NCBI RefSeq assembly: GCF_006345805.1
Contig: NC_043002.1
Coordinates: forward strand, 75,144,001-75,208,000
Reading direction: 5' to 3'
Source of the DNA: Octopus sinensis
Taxonomy: Eukaryota
Length of the DNA: 64,000 nt
Shown here: one piece after another, positions 12,076 through 25,564 of the stretch
Position numbering within the stretch: position 1 is the first letter of the stretch
Layout of the letters: every line of letters begins with the position of its first letter
Notes under the pieces: model-generated
What the model was told of the DNA's origin: nothing
The model's database searches: none
The model's input: the letters and a program-made list of their open reading frames with translations, nothing else
Made by a program: the position numbers and the translations under genes

Positions 12076-14521
12076 TGGTTACATCTCTATAAGTTCTAAG
12101 TTTAAATTGTGCTGGAGTTGAGTTTATGTTTCAGTCTTTTGAGATTGATAAAATTATGGACCAGTGAAGTACTAATTTGATTTAATCAATTGTGTCCCAG
12201 CACTAAAATCTGTATCTTTGCACCTAAGTTAGAAAATCACTTTTTCATGGCTTAAGTAGACCAGTACAATATTTAATATAGGTAAGCGAGATGTTCAGTG
12301 TCCTATCTATGTTATCACTGACATCACTTTGTGGTCACAAATTCTCGATATATTATTATTATGAGCATATACAAAGAATAGCACGTTGATAATAACGTTG
12401 AGAGATGTACTAACTTCATCTTTCAGATGTTAAATTCAGGGCTATTTTACTACAGCATTATTCTCTTCATTCTGAGAGATCATTATCCCCCCATCATCAT
12501 TATCATCATCCCTTCTATCCCCATTCTTCTTCCTCAATATCATTGTCTTGTTTTTTTTTGTTTTGTTTTTTTGTGATGGTACAAGTTGGATAGTTTTTTC
12601 GTCTAATTTTACAACATATTGTGACTTGGTATAATCCTTTTACTATCTTGTCCATAAAACTCAACATTCTAAGATTAATTATAAATTAAAGTATTTGCAA
12701 CAAAAACCTGAAATCTTCTCATTCACCATCTCCTTGTCTTCTTACTCTTCACTTTTTTTTATGGGGTGTGTGGAGAAGAAAGCGTTGAAGCCATACATTA
12801 CTTTGACATAGAATAGAAAATATGCAGTTTTCTCTCTTAACTTTTTAAGGTTAAAAATCTTGTGTCATCCTCTGCTAACTTCTTATATTTCAGTGCCAGA
12901 TGACTTATTATCAAGGCTGCTCTGACATTCCATCTTTTTTTACTCTGATAAATATCTTAGCAGAAAAAAAGAAAAAAAAACAGATGAAATGGATTTATGA
13001 ATATTTTGGTTAAACATAAGTTTAAAGTTAGATTTTGAAGAGTATTGTTGTATGTGTGTATATATATTTTTATATTAGTGAACTGAAAAAAAAATAGCAA
13101 TTATAAAAGATTTAATTTATTAGCATCTTTAAAGCTAGAGAGTTTAGAGTGGATTTGTAGAATTCATAACTTTTTTTTCATAAGGCAAGTATTTTTTAAA
13201 AGTTTATTTGTTTAAATGAAAAGAAAAGACAACACTACCACCATCACCAATGACACCGACAACAACAAAAACAACAACAATAATAATAATGATAATAATA
13301 ATATTAAAAAATAATAGAATTTTAACTACAAATAAAACTACAACTTTTGGAAAAGGTTTTGTAAAATTTATTATCAGAATATTTTTTTCTTAAGTCGAAA
13401 TACAATTTTGTTTACGTATCTTTTTTATTCTTTTGTTTTTTAATATTCTCTTTCTGAAAAGACAAAAAGAATGCAAATTCTGTCTTGCCTTTTTTTTTTA
13501 AAAAATTTTTTTTCTTATTTAGAAAATTTAATATGAAAAAAAATAAACAAATGAGAATGAAATTAAAAAAAATTTCTTAAAGCATCAACCTCCATATTTT
13601 TCTATTCATCTTTCACTAGATTTGTTTCACTCGTGTAATTTCTTTATTAATATTTCCAAAGATTTTCTTTACTGTACGTGCAGGGGAGAGGTGAAGGGGA
13701 ATGAGGTGGAGTGGGGTGAGAGAGGAAAAATTTTCATCTGCATTTTTCTTGCACTTGCTTGCTCTGTGAACTGTTTTTGTCAATCTTCAGAAAAAGAAAT
13801 CGTAAAGTAATAATAATAATAATAATAGTAGTAGTAGTTAGTAGTAGTAGTAGTAGTAATAATAATGTGGATTTTTTTAATCAGAAAGAAAATAAATGTA
13901 AAAGGGAAATCTTTTCTAAAAAAACTTTAAAAAAAAAACTAAAAAAAAATGTATTCATCTTTAAGTTAGATGTAATATCTGGACGCAAGCCAATGGATTG
14001 GGAAGACAGATGAGGTTGGGGTGGTGAAGGAGATAGGAGATGAGGTGGCAGGAAAATTTAGTGAAATGTCAGTGATGGTGGCAGTTGGAAGTTGAGATGG
14101 TGAGGGATGTGTTGTTGTTGTTGGGGTAGTGATGGTGGTGGAAGTGATTTTTGAATCAGTGGGTGGAGAAAGAGGCTAAATAGAAGAGAAGAATATTTAA
14201 AAAAAGAATTTCTTTGTTAAAAAATAAATGAATAAATAAATAAATAGATGATGAAAACTAAATAAAAACAAAAACAGATTAAATAAATGGAGAAGAAAAA
14301 AACAAGAGAGAAGAGAGTTGAAGAAACTTAGACAGAATTAACGATAGGCAAGCAGATTTTATTTGGATATGATTTTAATGGAATGTAAAAGTAAGCTTCA
14401 GGATTTCTGTCAAATTAAAGATGTACATAGAACCAGAATACAACTCTATCCTATCATTCCCTCCTTTTCTTTACATTAACGACTTAACCACCTATCAGGT
14501 TAGGCTAACTTTTCTTTAGAG

Positions 14522-14573
14522 CCTATTATTATTATTATTATTATTATTATATTATTATTATTATTATTATTAT

Positions 14574-14642
<69 letters not shown>

Positions 14643-14660
14643 AAGAAGAAGAAGAAGAAG
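14522..14660. repeat. Compound (TAT)n(TAG)n(AAG)n microsatellite
   Basis: Directly visible. Confidence 0.95.
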
Positions 14661-14849
14661 TAGAAGAGCAGATGGTGGGTTGGCAGAATCAGTGTTGCAG
14701 TATTTCTTTGGGTGGGGTATGGGGGATCTACTTTACCTTTCATTCTTCTGGGGTCAATAACATCAGTATCTGTCAAGTACTTGGGTTGATATAATCATAC
14801 AACCCCCTACTGTATCAAGTTTCAGGTCACGTGCCTATATTTGAAACAT

Positions 14850-15560
14850 TATTATTACTATTATATTTTAACGCCCATTCTGTTGTAACTTCTGGAGTCT
14901 TGCAAGCTTAGTGGGCTTGCTACGGTACCATGTTATCTGTTTTCTTCGACTATCTAATACTTTCCTGATAATTCCGGTTGTACCAAGAAGGCAAACCCTT
15001 TGTAATAATTCTATTCATTTCCTTTATATTCCCCTATTCCCATTTCCTTCATATTCCTCTTGATGCCTTCTGATACTGTACCTAAGGACAATAATTGGCA
15101 CTGTCTTCACTCTCTTCATTTTCCGCAGTTGAGCTATCCTGTATTTAAGAAGATTGTATAATGTTTATTCTTTTGCCTGCCTTCTTGACTGTCCTTATGT
15201 CAAAGGGGCACACAACATCAATTATTGAGCAAGGGGCATGCAATATCAATTATAAAGCACATGTGGTCCACCTTGTTTGCCAATACTAGATCTGGCTTGT
15301 TGTGCTTAAGCATCTGGTCTGTTTGGATTGGGGAATTCCTCAGATTGTTGTAGTTTGAACTCATACCATTGTCTTACCTCTCTGTGGCCTGCACTTTTCA
15401 CACATTTTTCAATGTAATACTTTTGCTACCTCATTGGGTCACCACAACATATATTTGTTTTGGGCAAATTGAGGGTATTTGTTCATGATATGAGCAATGG
15501 TTTCATCAATTCCATTACAGATTTGACACAGTGGAGATACTTGTACTTTCTTATGGTTGA
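14850..15560 (-). mobile_element. Decayed R4/Dong-like non-LTR retrotransposon 3' fragment (restriction-like endonuclease region)
   Basis: Minus-strand frames give DETIAHIM.., PIQTDQMLKHNKPDLVLANKVDHMCFIIDIACP and IELLQRVCLLGTTGIIRKVLD, i.e. the RLE PD-(D/E)xK region and C-terminus, with frameshifts; (TAA)n tail near 14850-14870. Confidence 0.75.
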
Positions 15561-15619
15561 CCCTCCAATTTGTGGTCAAAGCTTGATCTTGTGCTGCCAG
15601 GATAGTACTCTCAGTGTCA

Positions 15620-15945
15620 GTATTATTATTATTACTATTATTATTTTTTTTCTTTATGGTTTCCTCTCATTATAACTTTATTTCAGCTGCCTTAGTACCA
15701 GCCAACCTCCAGAGGCCAGGAGTAGCAAGGGCACTTTTGTTTTGCCATGCATGCTAAAATTATCTCCACATTTGTTCCAGTTTAGATGGAGAGTGCTTTC
15801 CGCAGTATATGGGCTATACCCATCAAGGTTATCTTTTGTAGCTCATGAAGATTAAAGTTACCAGGGAGTTGCTTAATATATTTCTCAGCTCCCTTCTTTA
15901 TCATTCCCAATGCACCAATTACTATTATTTTAACTCGGGTTTTGT
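15620..15945 (-). mobile_element. Second R4/Dong-like LINE 3' end with 3'UTR and (TAA)n tail
   Basis: TRVKIIVIGALGMIKKGAEKYIKQLPGNFNLHELQKITLMGIAHILRKALSI* matches the R4-clade C-terminal pattern VIGALG..LQK..L.G.A.ILRK.L. Confidence 0.85.
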
Positions 15946-16007
15946 TGGACCTTCTGGAATTTTGCAAGTATCATTATTATTATTATTATGGTGGTTGTGG
16001 TGGTGGT

Positions 16008-16230
16008 AAACAGGTGAAATTGTTAATATGTTCGACAAAATGCTTAGCAGTATTTCTTCAGACTCTTTATTTACTGAGTCCCAACTCTGCTGAGGTTTAC
16101 TTAACCCTTGATTTGTTTGGAGTCATTAAAATAAGTTCTAGTTGAACACTATAAAAGGCCATTATAAATTGACTTATTCCCTCCCCTTAAATTGCTGATC
16201 TTATGCCAAAGCAAGAATATATTATTATTA
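16008..16230 (+). mobile_element. SINE group C, degenerate
   Basis: acaaaatgcttagcagtatttc..ctgagtcccaactctgctgaggtt..aaattgctgatcttatgccaaa. Confidence 0.7.
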
Positions 16231-16244
16231 TTAAGATAGTCTTT

Positions 16245-16385
16245 CACTCTTCAACTACCAAATCCACTCACAAGGCTTTGGTTGGCCTGATGGGTTTAGT
16301 AGAATTCATTTGCCCAAATTGCCATGCAATGGGATTGTACCTGGAACCTTGTGGTTAGGAAGCAAATTTCTTACCACACACTTAT
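16245..16385 (-). mobile_element. SINE group A/B 5' half
   Basis: aatccactcacaaggctttggttggcc..ggaaccttgtggttaggaagcaaatttcttaccacac. Confidence 0.75.
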
Positions 16386-17203
16386 GTCTGCAACTATGAA
16401 ATATAAATACATAAAATATTCTAAGTTACTCACTATACATGCATCCCGAAATATACAAAAAAAGGTGAGCAGTCTATATACACATATAAACAAATTTACA
16501 CATTCAATGTTGCTAGCTGTACATAAATACATAAACTAGTTAGTGCATACTGTCTATGTATGCCAACAAACGCATACATATGTACGTTCATAGCTACAGA
16601 TATACACACAGCTTACATTGCACTTGTACACACACACACACACACACACTCATGCTCAACTTGCATTTATATAAACTCCTGTTTCTCATGACAATACTGA
16701 AACATAAACAAATCACATATAAACATACTTACACTGGTCAAGATTGCGCAATATCATAATAATCATACCAACCTTTAACTTCAAGACATGTGGCAACATT
16801 CCCAATAGAGCCGATGTATTATTTTCAGAAATTGACTAAATATACATAACTGTAGTTATGTGTTATATCTACTGCATATTATATATATATATACATATGT
16901 GTGCAACATTTTGTATATACAGAAGTGATCAAAATTACTTGGGATGTTGAGTTATGTCTATCTAATATTCATATACAAACTTTTGTGTATAAACATATGT
17001 TGAAAACCATTTGGGACATGTTTATTCTCTAAATCTTCATGCTAGTCAAATTATTTTTAGCAAAATTAAAAACATACATAATATCTAATGGTAGCATAAA
17101 TTCTGTGGCTACATGTTATATAGAAAGATATTCAAAATTAGTTAGGATGCTTTGCGTGACACTAAATATATAAATATACCTTAGTAATTATTTTTTTTTA
17201 TCA

Positions 17204-17242
<39 letters not shown>

Positions 17243-17881
17243 GTTGTTGTTGTTGTTGTTGTATTTTGCTGTGAATGGATGTATTGTCAGGTTGCTCCAA
17301 GAAAATTGGATTATTACCTAGTTTACAGGATAAAAAATTTTCTGTTTTTGAATTATTTTGCAAAACAGGTACTTCAGGGCATGTAGATATCTATCCCAAT
17401 TCTTGGGGTGGACAAAAGGGCCATTTTTTGACATTTGCTTTTTCTTTCTTTTCGGGGGGGGGGGGGGTAAAAAAAACAAAACAGTGACAAATAAAAAACC
17501 AGTAAATTCTTTATCTTGTAGTCATTATGGCTTCTTCTATTGGAAAAACAGGAAGAGGTGCCAACAAAAATGATGAGATAATTTTTGAATACATACAAAC
17601 AAATTTAAAAAGAAAGGGGGAAAAAAAAAAGCGGAAAATGATGACGAAACAAACAGATGCATTTACAAACACAGACAATAACACTTTGACATTCCAAAAC
17701 ATAAATTTGCTTAACATAAAGACAAGCACTTTGAGAAACAACAAATGCACATGATATAAAAATAAAGAAGTATTCTATGAAATAAGCTCCAGTTGAGCAT
17801 GGATGTTGTTGTAATAGACTCCCTCCTCTCCTCCTAAAATTGCTGTCCTTGTACCAAGATTTGAAATCTTTACTCTTCTTT

Positions 17882-18108
17882 AAGGAGGCAAGCCGGCCGA
17901 ATTTTTAGATCATAAGTTAAAATGCCTCGAAGCATTTCTTGTGTCTCTTTACCTTTAAGAGTTCAAATCCTGCTGAGGTCAACTTTGCCATTCATCCTTT
18001 TGGGATTGATGAAATAAAGTACCAGTCATGTGCAGGGGTTGATGTAATCAACTTGCTCCTCTCCTCAAAATTATTGGCCTTGAGCTAAAATTAGAAAGAA
18101 TTATTATT
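17882..18108 (+). mobile_element. SINE group C
   Basis: aaggaggcaagccggccg..agagttcaaatcctgctgaggtcaactttgccattcatcc..aagtaccagtc. Confidence 0.8.
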
Positions 18109-18896
18109 GTTGTCGCTTTCTTGGAATTATTTTTCTTTGGAATTATTCATTTAGCCATTAATAATTCGTCCTTATTGTTTTATTTCATCTTCAGTTTAAG
18201 TGCTTTGTTTGTTTCTCAAAATATCTTCCACTCATTAATTCTTTTTAATCTTTCCTCTTCCTTTTCTTTTTAATGCCTTTATTTCTTTTCTTTCCTTTTC
18301 ACCTCTTCTTATTCCACTCTTTGTTTCAACTGAATTTAATTTGTTCTTGCCTTGACCCTTTCTTTCCCTATTCATTGTTGTTTTCCCCCTTTATTTCCCT
18401 GCTTTACTTGTTAAAAGAAAGTCAAGCCATTTAATATCTGTGATGGATAGTAATCTAAATGCAGTGCAGTTGTGGGAGGAATAGTAATGTGTTGTGGTAC
18501 ATGGTGGGGTGTGACTGGGAGTGGGGGAAATGAGATAAAGCAAGGGAAATAACTCAGTAGCAAATTTTTCTTCTAGATGTGTATTAAAAAGTTATTGTCA
18601 TCAGATCGACTCTATTAAAGAGAATTCTTTCCTAAGAGTGGAGACTATTTGTGAATTAATGGAATATTAAAGAAAACAAGATGTATTAGTTCTTTCCATG
18701 TCAAGATTGCCAAATAGCTTGGTATTTGAGAGATCACTGCAATCTTGATCCACTCTTGTCTTATACTACTTTCAAGATGGGAAACATAATTTTAAATCTT
18801 CCATGTCAATGACCTTATGATGTTTGTGGTGTAGTTAAAATGCTGAATAAAATAAATAATAAAGTAATGCAATCAGATGTTTAAATTCTGCTTTAC

Positions 18897-18948
18897 CTTC
18901 TGACATAAGTTTAATTTGCCCTACTTGTCTTAGCGTATTTAGAATACA
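18897..18948 (-). other. Candidate 52-nt exon (frame 0: CILNTLRQVGQIKLMSE)
   Basis: Acceptor cctattttcag, donor GAAG|gtaaag; only one frame open. Confidence 0.25.
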
Positions 18949-19044
18949 CTGAAAATAGGTACCATTGTTCTACTGGTGTGGAAAAAAAAACCATTGAGTG
19001 AAGGTAAAGGGTAGTCACCCTGCATAGCACCTTGGGTATGTGTC

Positions 19045-19470
19045 TTTTACTAGGCACAGATATGGTTGAGTACTTAAAAAACTTGCTTCCCAACCACATG
19101 GCTTCAGGTTCAGTCCGGCTCCATGGCACTTTGGGCATGTGTGTTCTTTGATGGCTCTAGGTCAATCAAAGCATTGTGAGTAGATTTCATTAATTGAAAG
19201 AAACCTGTCGTATGTATGTATGCACATGTGTTTGCATGTGTTTTTCCCCCTCCCTCCTTGTCTTGATATTATGTGATTGTTGTGAATGTCATTGCAGCAT
19301 TCTTCAAAACCATGTCTGGTCAAGGGAAAATATTACCTTTTGAGGGAAACAGGGAGAGGTTGGCATTAGGAAGGTCATCTGACCATGGAAAATCTGCCTC
19401 AATAGACTCAGTCTGACCCAGGCAAACATTGAAAAGTGGACGTTAAAACATTAATGATGATGATGATGAT
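19045..19470 (+). mobile_element. SINE group B, full length
   Basis: cttgcttcccaaccacatggcttcaggttcagtcc..ggcactttgggcatgtg..aaaagtggacgttaaaac..gatgatgat. Confidence 0.85.
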
Positions 19471-20619
19471 TTCTCTGACTACTCTTGCAATTATTTGAAT
19501 TTTTAAAGATTTCCAGTTGATAACGGATAGGGTAAAAATAAAAAAAAAAGTTCATGGAAGAAAAAAAAAAAAGAAATGCAGATAGATGTGATCAGCGTAA
19601 ATTGAAAACAAGCAAGAAATAGGTAGTTAAAGAGTAGAAACTAAAAACAAGTCTTTCTATTGAAGAACAAAAAAGAAAAATCATTGTCACTGGCGGTTAC
19701 AGGAGGACTCTCTTTCTGTTAACTATCAATGATGGAAGGTCAATTTAAAGTGTTTGTGTGAGAAGACAAAAGAAAATACATTGAAAAGAAAAGAGATAGT
19801 AAAGATGGTCAGAGAAGTGATGCACATGAAGCCACAGCAATTTGCCAAAACAATATATAAAAAGAAATAATCATACATCATTTCATTTATTTCTACAGTT
19901 ATAAGTTCTCTTTTCTTATTGGCTTCAAGTGTTATTTCATTCTGTTTATTATTCTTCCTACTCTCTTGTAATTTTTTTCTTCTTCTATTAAAAAAAAAAA
20001 AAAAAAAAAGAATTTTCCTTCCTTTTTGCATGTTAAACATTTATTGATTTTAAGTATGGATGGATACTTGTCGCTGAATTTGATATGCATTTATTTTTTT
20101 ACTTTTATTAATTTTAGTTTTAACTCTTAAGAGGAAACTCTTTTTTTAATTGTCATCTTGATTAATTCCCCCACCACCACCACCACACCAGTGTTTTGAT
20201 CCAGTTGCATTCTTTTTCCCCTTCACTGCTCCTTATGAATCAATTAGCGGGGGCGTCTTTCCAAATAAAACCATTATTTATACTAATGAGAATGCATTTT
20301 TAAGAACATATATAGCATGTTTTCCACTACTTAAGTGCGAAACTATTAGACATCCTGAACCTACTTGAGGCAGTTAAATCTTTCAAATCCATCTCCTCCT
20401 CCCCTACCTTTCAGCAATTTTGCTAATTCCTTCCTCTTTCTCCCCTGAGGAATGGAATCATTTACTAGTTAAGAGGCATTTAACATCTGAAGTTTGGATA
20501 CTAGTAGCCAAAATAAGTTTCCTTCAATAAGGTTTCGAATATTTAACTTTTTTTTTTGACATTTTCCTCCACAAGGTAAAACAAACTCTTCCAACTCCTT
20601 TGTCATACTTTATTATTAA

Positions 20620-20830
20620 AGGCTGTGTAGTTGAGAAGTTTGCCTCCCAGCCACATGGTTTCAGGTTCAATCCCACTGTATGACATCTTGAGTGTGTACT
20701 TTTATTCCTTTTGAGTAGATTTTTAGATATAAAAACTGAAAGAAGACCTCCTTGTCTCTGTGTGTGTGTATGCACATGCATGTGCCTTGTGTTCATATTT
20801 GTGTCCACTTGCATGAAAGTGCAGCAGATA
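20620..20830 (+). mobile_element. SINE group A/B 5' half
   Basis: aaggctgtgtagttgagaagtttgcctcccagccacatggtttcaggttcaatcccactg. Confidence 0.7.
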
Positions 20831-21437
20831 GTGTTGCTGTCAGTTTTTTCTTGGTCACTTTGTGTCTCTGAAGCTGTGGAAAACAAGTAGTGGTTAGTAC
20901 GAGGCAGAGCAGCCAGCGGTAAAACAATACCTCAAATAACATATCTTTTCAACTTGTCCAGGCATAGATAAAATCAACCTGAAACGAATAGACAATCCAC
21001 ATTTTAAGAAAATATTCTTTATATATTGACTCTGTCAGTTTCAAGTCAGTGGAGGAACTGCTACCCAAACATTTGACTTGCTAGAAATAGCTGCTAAATT
21101 CCCCTCGGATCATGCCCTCCCATCTTAAAGAAATTGGAATGTCTTGGATTGTAGAAAGGGTTTGACCTAAGGGTAAGCAACAACTCTCTCAGATTGAACT
21201 TGAAATACTTTGGGCTATGTGAAACCAGGAAATGTGTTGCAATTTACTGTTTGCTTGCATGTGATGCCTCAGGGCCTTAGGCAATACCAAACATGGTTTC
21301 TCAGTATTGCAAGAGCTATTCGTGTCATTTACTTTGAGAATTCATGTGAGCTTTATTTACTAAAACTACATTCCTCTTTCTTGTCTGCTGTGCACAAATC
21401 TTGATTTTTCTCTTTGAAGTGAATATCAGTTTAATAC

Positions 21438-21484
21438 CTTCCATATTGGGTTTTGCAAAGTATGGTTTTGATGGATAACTTTCT
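21438..21484 (-). other. Candidate 47-nt exon, all three frames open
   Basis: Acceptor ttttagtttttctactccattag, donor GAAG|gtatta. Confidence 0.2.
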
Positions 21485-21994
21485 CTAATGGAGTAGAAAA
21501 AACTAAAAAACATAAATGTGTTAATACCTTGGCAGCATTGTGATGCTTAAGAAAATGTGCTAATTATTTCCAGTAAGGTATCATTGATCTTGGTAGGCTT
21601 GGGGCTTGTACACTGTATCACACATATATATTTGTCTCCTTTTATCTTTGAGAGGGGTGGGTTCTGTCACACAAATTTCAATACTTTCTCTCAACTTTGA
21701 TCTTAGAACTTCCACTGCAAATTCTATAGAATCCCTTGTTTTGCTTGATAATCATCTGGACCATCTGAATTTTTTAATTGGTCAGAACGAGACTCATTGC
21801 CTGGTAACTAAATTCCATCTCCAGCTTCAGAGCTAAGAATTTGATAACAGTAGAGTTGGAATGTTGCAAAAATATTCAATAATAACTTCTCACTCTTATT
21901 AAATAAAGAGTTCATCTGGGTGACCACTCAGCCTTGGTCTGCTGTCCTCTTCTTTCTGTAATACATTGGCATTTATCTACTGTTGTGAGAGACA

Positions 21995-22410
21995 CAGGTG
22001 TGGCTATGAGCTTAAGAAGTTTACCTTTCGACCATGTGGTCTTGGGTTCAGTCCCATTGCATGGCTTTTTAGGTGTCTTCTATTGTAGGCCTGGGCCGAC
22101 CAAAACCTTCTAAGTGGATTTGATAGACGGAAACTCACAGAAGTCTTGTGTGTGTGTGTGTCCTTGTCTAGACATCACATTATGGCTGTACATGTGCATC
22201 ATCATCATCATCATCATCATCATACAAACAAGGTTTCTAGTCTTTGAAGAAATCCATGTCAAGCTGTGAGGAAATATTACTGTGCTTGGAAACAGGTGAG
22301 GGTTGATGACAGGAAAGGCATCTGACTGTAGAAAATCTGCTTCAACAAATTCTGTCTGACCCATGCAAGCATGGAAAAAGGAACATTAAATGATGGTGAT
22401 GATGATGATT
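21995..22410 (+). mobile_element. SINE group B, full length
   Basis: ggtgtggctatgagcttaagaag..gggttcagtccc..gggccgaccaaaacc..ccatgcaagcatggaaaaaggaacattaaatgatggtgat. Confidence 0.85.
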
Positions 22411-24144
22411 CTATTACTCTCTTATTTCTCATATCTATCATTGATTGTAATTCAACACTAATAAATTCTCAATATTTTTTTTGTACTTCACTATTTCTCT
22501 CTTTCTCTTCCTACAAATATTTCTAATTTTCAGCTACATTTTTTTTACATGATAACGTTTTGACACTATTAATTTCTTATTACTACTCAATTAATATACC
22601 ATATTAACTGATATAGTCTTAATGTCGATCATTATTGCTAACATAGCTTTTGCTACTGGCTTTTAAAAATTGTTTATTATATACATTTTCCTGTGTGTTC
22701 GTTTAATATCCTCTGTTATGTGTGTGTGTGTGTATACACATGTATATATACTTACATAAATATACATACACTCACATTTATGTATGTATTGCATCATTTT
22801 CATCTTTGGTTTCTTTCCTTGCTGGCTTGGATGAGGTGAGACTTATTGAGGTAGTTTTTCTTTTCCTAGCTGGTTGACCTTCTTGTCATTAACTCCCACT
22901 TGTTTCCAAATAAGGTACAACTCCCTCTGGTCTTTCAAATGGCATATCTGTGCCCCTCTCATTCCACTTTTTTTTTTTTTTTTTTTTTGCTGTACAAAAT
23001 AGAAAAAGAGTATTCAATACATGTAATAGAGTTTGTTTGGAAGTAGCTGAAGTTCCACTTCATTGCTATTTCTGCATTGCAACAGAGTAAATGACTAATC
23101 TCCTCTGAATATACACGACGATATATATGTATATATGTGTGTGTGAGTGTGTGAGCTTATTCTTTTTTGGAATATCGTAAAGCATAAAGCTATTAAGCAC
23201 ATAATTATTTAGTTGCAAAACCTTTTGGGATAGAAAAAGACAAAGGCTGCTCATAGGACATGAACCTACATCTAATTATCAAGAGCGGAAGTTTTGTTTT
23301 TACTTCTCATTAACCAAAACTACCCAACTTATTTGTGCAAATGCTTCTCTCTCTCTCTCTCATACACACTCAATTACATACATTTACACATAGCTATTTA
23401 GTATATTAAATTTTAATTGTAGTTAATAACGTTTAATTTATAACTTTATAACCAGCACTAAAAATGCAATAATTGGGTTTCTATCTAGAAGTCACTTTGT
23501 TATTGATGAGGAATGCTGGAAACTATATAAAGGGTGAATTTGATGCTGTTATCAGTATTTCCTTCTCTTTCTTTCTTCAGACAGCATGTTGTCTGTTTCT
23601 TATTGAATACTGTTGTATAATAGTTATTTAATTTCTTGCTCCATATGTCTGTTGTTCATTATTTTTATTCAGTTTAAGCTAGACGTTAAATGTCTATTGT
23701 TGGACTGTGCTGGAGAAACCTAATGCCAGCCACTAGATAGCAATTTCATTACGTTTGATTACATCACTGCTGTAACTATTCATACATTATTACATCGGTG
23801 CACTAACACATCAGGTAATGTTATTAAATGCAATGATGACATGAAGCCTTTGTATAATTCATGATACATTCAGCAACATTGTCAAACCATTATGTGTAGT
23901 AGGGATGTCATTATCTGGTTGCCTTGCAAGTTGGATCCTGAAAGCAGCTAAAGCTGGTTGATCTGCACTGATTGGGTGATGTTTAACTTGATTTGCATGT
24001 TTGCTCAAGAACGAAGATGATGTATCTACAGTTGTATTATTAAGAACGGGATTTGAAAGATTCAACGAGAGCAATTGCTTATGAACTCAGACACTGTTAA
24101 TAGTTTAGCATGTAGTTTTTACATCGTAACACAAAGTTACTTAC

Positions 24145-24264
24145 AGTCTTGGTCAAAGGTCAGTCTTTATTGAATATTCTTCAGTCTGTCCAGCTATTTA
24201 AACACTTATCATTGGTTATCAACTCCTGTGTGCCTCCAGGTTCAGTTATGTCACTTTCACTTCA
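24145..24264 (-). other. Candidate 120-nt non-coding exon (all frames closed)
   Basis: Acceptor atttattacag, donor ACT|gtaagt. Confidence 0.2.
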
Positions 24265-24984
24265 CTGTAATAAATTGTTCTCTGTTACTTCTCCGTGTGT
24301 ATGTGTGCGTATGTGCACATGCATGCACATATGTGCATACACACATTTACTCCTGCTCCTTTGTGGATGTTATGACCTTTCTTTTCTCTATAACCTAAAG
24401 CATATTCATGTGGTATGTTATTAGTATTTTTGGAAGTGATGATGAATGTGTGTGTGTATGTACGTATAGATGTGTAGTGCATGTACACACACATGTGCAC
24501 ACAGCTCAGTGCTAATCATTAGAAGAGTGATTTAGTGGGAGGAGTTGAATATTTGTTTAACCAAATGCTTTAACTCACTTCTATCCGCTCAGCTGCTCAG
24601 TAACTTTGACATCTAGGCAAGCTGCAAGAAGGAGGGACTCAAGTATGTGCCTAATTTTTATTTCTTAATTTTTTCTTTTCATAACGAAATGTGAATTCCT
24701 GATCGCATTGTCACTTTTGAGCTTCACATTTAAATCTGGTTTTATGTGAATTAAATTGAATAGAAAGGTCAGTGCTCATAACCCATTGATGTCTCTGTCA
24801 GTGATAGAGAGACAGCTTGATGATTTCCATTCAGGTAGAATATGTGTGTGCGTGTGCAAGTGAAAGAGGGAAAGGTTACTCAGTACATGCTGTTGGAGTT
24901 TATTTCATTAACTGAGACTTGAAGCTTTCTTCTGTTAATGCTGTGAGTTTCAATAATTAAGTGTTTTGATTGTCCAGTGAGAGA

Positions 24985-25180
24985 GATTTTAAAATATTTT
25001 TACTTGTTTCAGTCCGGCTATGCTGGGGTACCATCTTGAAAGGACCAGTTGAACAAATTGACCCCAGTATCTATTCTTTAAATCTGGTACTCTTACTATT
25101 GCTCTCTTTTGCTCAACCTCTAAGTTGATTGTCAAGTAATGTTGGCGAGACAAGCGCGCATGCGCACGCACACACACACA
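24985..25180 (-). mobile_element. SINE group A 3' fragment
   Basis: ttttacttgtttcagtccggctatgctggggtaccatcttgaa..aaattgaccccagta. Confidence 0.75.
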
Positions 25181-25564
25181 GATGTAGATAGATAGATATG
25201 TGTATATATATCCAAGACCATTAAAAATAAGAATGGAGAATTATCCTCAAAAGCTTGTTTATTACATACAGTATTACATACACTTTAGATCTCTGTCTGA
25301 CACATGTTTCTATTGCATAGATAACCTAAGGTGTGGCATCCAGTTGCATCAATTGCATTATAAGTTCATCATGGGTATATGTATCCATGCAGCTTTATTC
25401 AAGGTGTTACCCCTGTGGATTTTTGAAGCAAACTGAAGGGTTCAATATTTGATGATCTTATTCTAATTATAATTTAGGTGGAGGATGTGTGTGCTCAGTG
25501 TAGAAGATAGCAGATGTTGTGAAATATGATATGGCAATCATATATATATATAACCTTGCCAGAT

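Noticed and set aside
17377-17400. GHVDIYPN resembling the lipase GHxDFYPNGG motif
   Set aside because: Lacks the following GG..QPGC, has no convincing donor and no other lipase segments are nearby.
21726-21767. IESLVLLDNHLDHL matching the LRR consensus LxxLxLxxNxLxxL
   Set aside because: A single repeat; neighbouring LRR-like pieces need frameshifts and stops, and such matches are expected by chance in Leu/Ile/Asn-rich AT-biased translations.
23859-24074. 71-aa minus-strand ORF with protein-like composition
   Set aside because: An in-frame stop lies just upstream, it has no ATG start (the track opens at TTG) or usable acceptor, and no homology was recognised.
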